Shown here: positions 57,301 to 64,000 of the stretch, piece after piece
Position numbering within the stretch: position 1 is the first letter of the stretch
Layout: each line of letters begins with the position of its first letter
Position numbers and translations under genes: made by a program
Notes under the pieces: model-generated
What the model saw: the letters and a program-made list of their open reading frames with translations, nothing else
What the model was told of the DNA's origin: nothing
Databases searched by the model: none
Source: a virus
Lineage: Duplodnaviria; Caudoviricetes
Reading direction: 5' to 3' (one strand)
Length of the DNA: 64,000 bases
Virus record (IMG/VR): IMGVR_UViG_3300014000_000001
Coordinates: 128,001 to 192,000 of that record

Positions 57301-60300
57301 TTGCTGTTGAATTCATGCTTTATATTACTAAAGCTGAGTTGGATGCACGCGCTGACAACACTGATGTTATCGGTAAGATCACGAAAGCTAATACCAACCA
57401 TTCATTGGATATCACCAACGCATTGATTAAACGTCAAAGCTATATCAAAAATGGGAATCTATATTTCTACAGTTTGATTAAGTTAGGTGAAGCAGGTGGC
57501 TTTAATGGTGAGTATAATATCACTATTGATTGGGATGGTTTAGATAGTGATGACAGCTACATCATTGATGGCGTTGACCATAACTCATTCTACAAACAAA
57601 GTTTAGATTTTATCCTTGATGTGAATGCGGTGTTCTTACCGCGTGATTTGGTCTCACCTAAATTCACATGGGTGGCTGGTGCTAAGCAGCAGGAGTTGTA
57701 CACTGATCTAGCTACTGGTTTGCTTCCAATTCCAAACATCTTACAAAATGATTTGATTGAAGTAGATTATGTTGGTTTCACTAAGGTTGGTGGGGTTGCA
57801 AGTACAACTGTGATCATTCCGCTTGAATCTGCAGGCAAGAAGACTGTTTGGTTTGCTCAGACTGATTTAGATGATGCAACCTATGCAGTATTTAATCAAG
57901 CTAAGGTGATGTGGAACGACCCATTGGTGAATGGAGGTGCAACTTATCAGACTGACGCAGTTTACCTCAAATCACAATTGTTTAAACGCGATGGGGTTTA
58001 CTACCTTCCAATCTTATTAGATCTTGTAGATAACGTTTCAGATATCACAATTGATATCGATTTGGATGCAGGCGGTAAGAAATACAAATCTACCTCATCA
58101 ACATTAAAACGCGTTATAACCACTACAGCTCAAAAACAATCTCCAACCTTTGGCTGGGCAAATAATCAAGAAGAATTGTTTACTGCATTTAAAGCAGGGC
58201 AGCTTGTATTCCCAACCGTTACTTCGAATGAAGTTGTGGATAGCGCTTACGTTACTTACACTTCGGTGACTTCGATAGATCTATCTGCAAATGTTATTAG
58301 TCGCGATAATAACATGATGGTTGGATTTTTACAATTCCTAGGTAGTGAAGAAATATATGCTATTTTAAGCAATGATACTACATTTAAGCGTTCAATTGAT
58401 GGAGTTGAGTCAACATTAACGTGGAACCAACTTAAACCTGAGTTGGTGAAATATCAAAACAAATATTATCTGTTGATGAAACACACAATAGATAAGACTC
58501 AATCTCAAGCAGAGATTAGTTTTGACGTTGATGGTGCTGGAGTTAAATTCACTCCATCTTCAACTACATTGATTGCAAGTGTTACTTGGATTGCTCAAAA
58601 ACAATCACCAAACTTCATTATCGCTCCGAATCAAAAAGAGTTATTAGTGCAAGCGCGTTTAGGATTAAACCCTAGATTGGTGGGTAATCCTGAAGACCTA
58701 GCTGATCCAAATGGAGTGACTTATGAACTCACCGATACAACATTCAAAGCAACATATCTAGCGGAAGAAGAAGGCGCTGTCCCAGTCTTCGTTAAGTTAA
58801 ACGCTAGTGAGTCAGAATTTGCTAAGCTGGGCGATCAAATCAAGTTTGGACGAATCACTGAAGAAGACCCAGATTCTTTCATGGATCTTGGTTGGGAAGA
58901 GTTGAATGATTACATGTTATTCACTTATAACGGTGAGAAGTATTTGATCCTTCATTCTGGTATAGTTAGTGGTTCAATGGTTGATGGGTTCTTACTGGAT
59001 GCCGATGGCGATAAGTTAGAATACTTACCGTCTAAATCTTACTTACAAGCTTCTGTAGAGTTTGTTGAATCAATTGCATCTCCAAGAATGTATTTCCAAG
59101 GTGATCAGCTTGCAATGATGGAATCCTTAGATTCTACTTGGGTGAAAGGCAATGAAGTTAAGGTAGTGGAACAAGGTGGATCAATGATCTACCTAGATGT
59201 GACCACACAGAATCAGATCAAAGCATTACGAGTAAGTTATCTTACTGATTTCACAGATGAGTTGTTTGATGCAATTAATAGTACAACCACATTGGTAATT
59301 AGAAATGAACTCACCAATGAGGAAAATACATACACAGGTACTGCAATCAAAACAATGTTTACCAAAGGTGATGACGGTTATCGTGGTAACCTAGATCTGA
59401 ATAAATTAGATCATCATCTAAAAGTGAGTTTTATACTTGATATCGATGGAACAGGTCGTGTGTATAAAGCAACAACTTCTACACTTGAAGTAGTGTCTAA
59501 CTGGATCGATCCTGTAATGTCGCCTGTTTATACCTTGGCCTCTAATCAACAAGATCTTTATACTCAGTTCCTAGCTGGTAACTTAAGTATTAAGCCTGAA
59601 ACGGTGAATAAACATTGGGTAAGTTTAGAGGACATTACTTACATCACGACCACCCCAACTGAGTTCTCCGTTAACGTGATCAATACTGCCGACCCAGGTG
59701 AGACTTTCATGCTCTTCACTGAAATCAATATCAGTGATGCTCAGGTTGCCGCACTTACCAATAATGCCACCCTTGATCGTGGGTATGGAGTTGAAAACTT
59801 TAAAGACTTTATTGCGCAGAATCTCTTTAAGTATAATGGTAAATGCTATTTTGTTGAGGAAATTTCTGCTGAAGAGTCTTTAACGATTGATAAACGTACC
59901 TTTAAAGTGGATCTCGATGGTAATAATCCATATTACATTCAGTCTTCAGCTGATCATCGTATCTTGGTAAATGCTATCGCACAGAAGCAATCACCACTGA
60001 TTACCTTTGCGCCTAACCAAGCGGAAATTATTAATAAGGTACGAAGTGGGGAGATTGCTTTACCGAGCGGTAATGATAAAGATTATCTTCTCCCAAGTGA
60101 GAATATTACCTATCTTACGCTTAACGATTATGAGTTAAAGGCAACGTATATACCACAACGGATTGAATCAAACAACGAAGATATGGTCTTTAGCTTCTTC
60201 ATTAAAGTAGGGCTAACTAAGGATCAATACGATGCATTAGATGATACCACAACCTTTAGTATCAAGGCTGGGGAGAATGGTGTCGTTACTCCGCTTCCTG

Positions 60301-61034
60301 GTGAGATACTTAAAGCATTTCTGTTGGTAGATGGTGAAAATTATTATATCCTTTCACGTGGTAATGTTCTTCCAAATAGCATGACCTTGGTCATGGATCT
60401 AGATGGTTCAGCGAATGTATATCTTCCCACCACAGCTTTATTACATCTAGGTGTGTCTGAGGAGATCGTTATTAGCTGTGATGATGCCCCACGTCAAACT
60501 CAGTATGTGGCGATTGATGGGAAATTTATAATTAAGCTTGATGGAGAAGAAATTGACCCACATCAAACTCAGGTGGTGAGTTTGACTGAAGCTACTAACG
60601 CGATGAGTGTGGAGGAGATGATTCAATACTTTAATATTGATCACCCTGAACACAATATTGTGGTTGAACCATATTTAGAGATCTCTTGTGAGGGTTCTCC
60701 AAATGAGAGTCAGTGTTTGAAATTGACAGGTCTTTGGGATGTATTCATTGATGAAGTGAAGGTATTGAGTGGAGTCGAAGGTAGTGAACTTCCAACAGAA
60801 CTTAATAATTTAAATGGATCTGTGGTGTTAAAACCATGTGAAGAGATTCCTCCTGAGCCAGTGATTGAACCAAACGCATTTTTAGGACAGGTTAATTTAA
60901 AGCAAGGTCGATATGCTGAAGTTCTAGTAGATGGTAAATCCATTCGTACAGATATCAGGAATTTCGCAGTACTCCAAATTGCTTTAGAAAGCCAAGGCAT
61001 CTTATTCACTGAAATCAGTGATATGCTATCATAA
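54315..61034 (+). CDS. giant repeat-containing tail fibre/adhesin-like virion protein (~2240 aa)
   Basis: ATG 54315 follows TTATG and SD GGAGA. N-terminal FYNRQTL...LNGQYRCDF...SFGYIG resembles the phiKZ gp131-family anchor domain. About nine ~155-aa repeats. Confidence 0.7.
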   Translation: MDTKQRRQPKAFSGNRATGLRELYSATAGGVGIISIHAIQNENKRYNTMANVLARAGSGIKTVDKVDSVFYNRQTLKDVFTNAGIKTPEGFKISVKDEFEHPISEQDVLKILNGQYRCDFTEDDINVTYINGNYYSIEALEQSFGYIGKSTLGIGIERDVPLVPTENALFESEQSTLSSLIQINGREYAVTSPNLYAQEKVIFHEFTKNDQSKLAYFLNLNEISLNALMPVDISSRPAGSNLNETVRPSNGEFILSPFVPALVDKPIEAQDVGVELRFTSWLTSLEMIDSVFEIKVNGVVTTLTHINANSTDLTIDTANDVLIVSNNTYAPVAIQLRAKTISLAALEDPRFTFIRTEDQPELVDGYEVYGYTLAAKQKPLELLRVTPHIPNTSNYAVLLARLGAVIGEEPEVVEEGQEIVEIKTLNQDHDPQWMYEETITVSGLDKVVNASLIKNGVKFLDAFAIDQEQWEILQKVDLNQTTLTITRTNQNKIESTQGYSVNQLLARGIWDDALGLFIFAFECKDDWEGSTKVVYNGNTLFLNTTVELKTTRDLTKTYLPKFSIVDQEQWEILKQAKPEWVTKFGQNAFKGSPVLVSQDGFSLTYDITPTPAEVDLGYVETEFLVALAFSAQIKPILDRAIEKVETNQLTTPLIRIVASGPYLSGTVYSLTHGQYIANGFKDYYLDEASGDYTIVARYKTRINLEPNFDLSNPANVIDRIDNVGTFEVTFDADGVYGAVFKNNVVRQHNVLNSLSFNTPALPSPHLIIADPSLVDNAAVVNKLNSILPAGYTLANTTALSLITQATDSDLNVNVGRDLTGVSTYHAYIVMAELVATPEQITRLHHAKNKVVVNGMVLNADAFINSLLLINGSYYYLFPIEIINSKQVDLNIIIDLDGDGGIYLSGNTSITINMQVIEPPLSVFMLVDQDADDQSQQALLTHSIASGYPTVVVPNDSPFDCYKTPQMAIHGLTFNTDENHDVTIDGSINGIDENTLVAVEFMLYITKAELDARADNTDVIGKITKANTNHSLDITNALIKRQSYIKNGNLYFYSLIKLGEAGGFNGEYNITIDWDGLDSDDSYIIDGVDHNSFYKQSLDFILDVNAVFLPRDLVSPKFTWVAGAKQQELYTDLATGLLPIPNILQNDLIEVDYVGFTKVGGVASTTVIIPLESAGKKTVWFAQTDLDDATYAVFNQAKVMWNDPLVNGGATYQTDAVYLKSQLFKRDGVYYLPILLDLVDNVSDITIDIDLDAGGKKYKSTSSTLKRVITTTAQKQSPTFGWANNQEELFTAFKAGQLVFPTVTSNEVVDSAYVTYTSVTSIDLSANVISRDNNMMVGFLQFLGSEEIYAILSNDTTFKRSIDGVESTLTWNQLKPELVKYQNKYYLLMKHTIDKTQSQAEISFDVDGAGVKFTPSSTTLIASVTWIAQKQSPNFIIAPNQKELLVQARLGLNPRLVGNPEDLADPNGVTYELTDTTFKATYLAEEEGAVPVFVKLNASESEFAKLGDQIKFGRITEEDPDSFMDLGWEELNDYMLFTYNGEKYLILHSGIVSGSMVDGFLLDADGDKLEYLPSKSYLQASVEFVESIASPRMYFQGDQLAMMESLDSTWVKGNEVKVVEQGGSMIYLDVTTQNQIKALRVSYLTDFTDELFDAINSTTTLVIRNELTNEENTYTGTAIKTMFTKGDDGYRGNLDLNKLDHHLKVSFILDIDGTGRVYKATTSTLEVVSNWIDPVMSPVYTLASNQQDLYTQFLAGNLSIKPETVNKHWVSLEDITYITTTPTEFSVNVINTADPGETFMLFTEINISDAQVAALTNNATLDRGYGVENFKDFIAQNLFKYNGKCYFVEEISAEESLTIDKRTFKVDLDGNNPYYIQSSADHRILVNAIAQKQSPLITFAPNQAEIINKVRSGEIALPSGNDKDYLLPSENITYLTLNDYELKATYIPQRIESNNEDMVFSFFIKVGLTKDQYDALDDTTTFSIKAGENGVVTPLPGEILKAFLLVDGENYYILSRGNVLPNSMTLVMDLDGSANVYLPTTALLHLGVSEEIVISCDDAPRQTQYVAIDGKFIIKLDGEEIDPHQTQVVSLTEATNAMSVEEMIQYFNIDHPEHNIVVEPYLEISCEGSPNESQCLKLTGLWDVFIDEVKVLSGVEGSELPTELNNLNGSVVLKPCEEIPPEPVIEPNAFLGQVNLKQGRYAEVLVDGKSIRTDIRNFAVLQIALESQGILFTEISDMLS
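55990..60450 (+). repeat. about nine degenerate ~150-190-aa protein repeats (SP-x-F...NQ..L ... D-x-D-G)
   Basis: Repeat starts near 55990, 56600, 57075, 57654, 58140, 58605, 59079, 59520 and 59991; each ends in DADG/DLDG/DWDG/DLDA/DVDG/DIDG. Confidence 0.7.
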
Positions 61035-61039
61035 ATCAA

Positions 61040-61072
61040 ATAAGAGTGAGGGTGTATATCCCTCACTCTTAT
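61040..61072 (+). terminator. terminator
   Basis: ATAAGAGTGAGGG-TGTATAT-CCCTCACTCTTAT. Confidence 0.7.
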
Positions 61073-61087
61073 AACAGGATGAAACCA

Positions 61088-62338
61088 ATGACTACATTAA
61101 AAGATGATAAGATTTTAGCCGCATTAATATCAGGAAGCAGATATCCTTATAATGGAGATCTTAGTGATGTCCTTAATGGTAACCTACATTTGTTAAATTT
61201 AGATGATAAATCTAAAGAGATTGAAATTAGATGGAAGAAAGGAGACGATGAACCCTATATCGACTATCCTGATAATTTAAATAATAGTACGGGTAAACTA
61301 ACCACTGAAGTTGTTGGAGGAATTACCTATAACGTATATAAAGTAACACTAGGTGCAAACCCGCAAGAACCGCAGTTAGATCGAATTGCTGCAGGTTATT
61401 CAGAAAGTTTAGCCACAAGCTATGGCATTGATTTAGCAGGATCTATGGATCTCGCTTATAAGCCCACATTACTAGGTAACTGGGTAGAGGGTAGAACTGA
61501 TCTCAATGATTACGCGTTCGCTCAATTTGGTTTAATGGCGAGCGAAACGCGTTGGGAAAAAGATGGACGCAGAGTGAATGGGTTTTATCTCCATAACCTG
61601 TTAGATCAACCCCAAACCCTTACAGTTATCGAAATAAAAGGAACTGGACTAGATAAGGTTCCTTTAAACACCTATAAGTTAGTTAATGCGCAAGTTTACG
61701 GATCTACTGCATTATCTCAGATCACAGACAATAATGTTTCAGGTGGATACACTTATGAAATCCAGTTAGAAGCTTGTAACTACAGTACTCCAAATGGTGT
61801 GGATATCCATATTCCTAGCATCAACGAATATGTGTGGAAAGATACAAACAACGAAGATATGGTTTCTTTTGGTTTCGCTTTTAGTACCCATGAAAATCCA
61901 GGGAAAGTATATTTTGCAGTAGTGGATAAGAAACTATCCAATATATCTTTTTCGGATATCGCTTACAATATCAGTTCAGCAATCCAAACGAATTACCCCG
62001 AAATAAACATGGATTATATCTTGGCCCCAGATATTTGGAATGGAACTTTCGTTCTAGATGGTATTCTAGAAGATATAGGATCCGAGGGAGATAAGAGTAT
62101 CAATATAAGACTATATGGGGCTAATAAATGGTCTGGTCGAATGGGGAATATCGATGATTATACATTGATTATGGTTGATCCAGAATATGACTTTGCATTA
62201 GATCATAAGGTGATCAACATTGGTAGAAACCCTTCTTTTTTATCCGATGTGAATTATCAGGGTGAGCAGGCTATTATACATAAACCATACCCGTTAATCA
62301 CAACCGGTTTCAAACTTATTAATAGTCGAGTGGAGTAA
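61088..62338 (+). CDS. putative tail-associated protein
   Basis: ATG 61088 follows SD AGGA; beta-rich composition; the track start lies inside the hairpin. Confidence 0.6.
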   Translation: MTTLKDDKILAALISGSRYPYNGDLSDVLNGNLHLLNLDDKSKEIEIRWKKGDDEPYIDYPDNLNNSTGKLTTEVVGGITYNVYKVTLGANPQEPQLDRIAAGYSESLATSYGIDLAGSMDLAYKPTLLGNWVEGRTDLNDYAFAQFGLMASETRWEKDGRRVNGFYLHNLLDQPQTLTVIEIKGTGLDKVPLNTYKLVNAQVYGSTALSQITDNNVSGGYTYEIQLEACNYSTPNGVDIHIPSINEYVWKDTNNEDMVSFGFAFSTHENPGKVYFAVVDKKLSNISFSDIAYNISSAIQTNYPEINMDYILAPDIWNGTFVLDGILEDIGSEGDKSINIRLYGANKWSGRMGNIDDYTLIMVDPEYDFALDHKVINIGRNPSFLSDVNYQGEQAIIHKPYPLITTGFKLINSRVE

Positions 62339-62344
62339 TAGTGG

Positions 62345-64000
62345 ATGATTAACCTTATAGGCAGTGCAAAAACTGTCCAACAATTGATTGATAATCAGAC
62401 AGGGGTGGAGTTTCAAAACTCCACCATGATGATTCTAAGGGTCATGGGAACCACAGCAGCTGCGCCAACCAGTTACTATTCAGGTTATATCCAGATTAGA
62501 TACTCGGATATCCAATCTTTAGGAACCCCCGAATCATTAGCTGAATCTTTCACTGAATTGTTCGAAGAGACGTTCCGCTTTGCAATAGGATATGATGCGG
62601 CAGTGGATAAAATCACCTTTGGGATAAGCCCTGAAGGTTACTTGACTATCTCTGGGAATAATCCAGATATTAAAGTGGGCGCTTATAGTCCTGTTTTTGG
62701 AGAAGGGTCGGAGTTTATTAATCCGGGAGACATAGGTAAAATCCTAGGGTTCGAGCAAGTACCAAATAATGGGTTGTTAGATTGTTCCTATTCTGGAGCG
62801 GGTGAACTCTGGACCTATGTGAATTTAAACATCGATGAAGAACTACATATCATTGGTCGTACCACCTCACCTACGGTAAATCCCAAAAAATCATACGTGC
62901 GGTTTCGCAATAAAGATGGGAGTAAACATCATCGCATTGAACTTATCCCGACCAATGAAGGGACGGTTGTGTCACGAGATGGGGAAAGTTTAGAGTTCAC
63001 AGAAACCAAAGAGGGTTATGGTTTTTGTTTAGCTCCTGATCTTTGTTTTGAAACAGGGGTGGAGTTATCCATTACTGTTTCTACTGCTTTTAAAACCAAT
63101 GATGATGTGTCGACCATTTATGTTCGGGATAAGCGACGTAATGAACAAATTGCATCCATTCCAACTTATGGTGGGTTGACTCAAGAGCAATTAGCTCAAG
63201 AACTTAAAACTGCACTTGAAAGTACAGGACTAACTGTAAAAACAGAAACAGTTGATGAAACCTATTTAAAGTTAGACCTTATTAATTATTCTAGCGGGAA
63301 TATTACTTTAGAATTAATTTTCCCATATGGTGATTTGATTCCAGAGAATGCCATCACAGTTGAAGGTAATGCAAATACAACGGTCGGTTCAAAGAACTAC
63401 ATGTATGCAAATTATGCGGTTGGTTTTTGTATTGCACCATCTGAAAAACCTCAAATTGAAATTTCATGTGATGGAGCTACATCAACCACTGGTTTTGTTA
63501 CTCTTGATGGTCGTTTTGATGTTTATATTGATGACATGGAAACCCCAACGCACACTAACATCTCAGCTGAAGAGCTGTATGGCATCTATAAAGATGGACA
63601 TAACGGTCTACAGATTGAGACTGATGGTTCTGGAATTCCTATTGGTTGTGAGGGAGCAGCGGATTACATTATTGTTGGTCCATTAACTGATGGTGGCTTT
63701 TATGATGTCACGGTAAATGATCAAGTTGTTCCCTCTAGCGGACGCATGTTTAGGGATGGTGGGTTCCTGTCAGCGTTAGAAGAATATGGAATCAAGTTAA
63801 CTCCATTGGATGTGAGCAACGTAGAACAATCCCCATCCGAGGGAACTACAGATCGGTACTATGACGCTGAAAGAGGCTCATTTGTAAATACGACTGATGA
63901 ATACAAACGCATCTCAATCAAAGCGACGGATGCAACATTCGTTACTAATAACTGGACACCAGATGCTAATCAATCATTCACATTTGATAATGATTCAGCT
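62345..64000 (+). CDS. putative tail fibre-like protein, 3'-truncated by window edge (not in ORF track)
   Basis: ATG 62345 follows SD GGAG; MINLIGSAKTVQQL... appears open to the window end; contains GFCLAP/GFCIAP and ISCDGA/IGCEGA modules. Confidence 0.7.
   Translation, partial: MINLIGSAKTVQQLIDNQTGVEFQNSTMMILRVMGTTAAAPTSYYSGYIQIRYSDIQSLGTPESLAESFTELFEETFRFAIGYDAAVDKITFGISPEGYLTISGNNPDIKVGAYSPVFGEGSEFINPGDIGKILGFEQVPNNGLLDCSYSGAGELWTYVNLNIDEELHIIGRTTSPTVNPKKSYVRFRNKDGSKHHRIELIPTNEGTVVSRDGESLEFTETKEGYGFCLAPDLCFETGVELSITVSTAFKTNDDVSTIYVRDKRRNEQIASIPTYGGLTQEQLAQELKTALESTGLTVKTETVDETYLKLDLINYSSGNITLELIFPYGDLIPENAITVEGNANTTVGSKNYMYANYAVGFCIAPSEKPQIEISCDGATSTTGFVTLDGRFDVYIDDMETPTHTNISAEELYGIYKDGHNGLQIETDGSGIPIGCEGAADYIIVGPLTDGGFYDVTVNDQVVPSSGRMFRDGGFLSALEEYGIKLTPLDVSNVEQSPSEGTTDRYYDAERGSFVNTTDEYKRISIKATDATFVTNNWTPDANQSFTFDNDSA

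Noticed and set aside
63348-63686. 112-aa ORF in the track
   Set aside because: It is an out-of-frame overlap of the longer open frame 62345-64000, which the track missed because it has no stop in the window.
1-64000. tRNAs, group I introns, inteins, homing endonucleases, reverse transcriptase/diversity-generating retroelement, alternative genetic code
   Set aside because: No cloverleafs or HNH, LAGLIDADG, GIY-YIG, intein or RT motifs were seen by eye. Core genes are uninterrupted and end in all three standard stops. A tRNAscan/Infernal run would be needed to exclude RNA genes formally.

Overview
A 64-kb, AT-rich, gene-dense segment of a phiKZ-like jumbo myovirus, most likely a nucleus-forming Chimalliviridae-type phage. 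The host cannot be determined from the sequence. Gene order follows the phiKZ core block from about gp75 to gp131. It runs: SF2 helicase (partial), tail-assembly-chaperone-like gene, virion RNAP beta' middle subunit, the exonuclease/motif-A half of a split family-B DNA polymerase, internal head/ejection proteins (including four tandem paralogs), baseplate/neck proteins, thymidylate kinase, DnaB helicase, major capsid protein, non-virion RNAP beta N-terminal subunit, portal, baseplate wedge and large tail-fibre-like proteins. The phiKZ gp numbers come from recalled synteny and motifs, not from a database search. No tRNA, rRNA, CRISPR array, intron, intein or IS element was seen. The strongest unexplained signals are five. 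(1) A likely programmed -1 ribosomal frameshift (T TTT TTT plus a GC-rich stem) fuses the 570-aa chaperone-like ORF to a downstream frame with no clear SD. (2) A recurrent [VIL]-[KHR]-[MLF]-E motif in capsid, portal and internal head proteins suggests a prohead protease specificity different from phiKZ. (3) Six copies of an early-promoter element build insulated early-gene cassettes inside the late region. (4) Bidirectional terminators are flanked by (G)CATAA...TTATG(C). (5) A ~2240-aa virion protein is built from about nine ~155-aa DxDG repeats.
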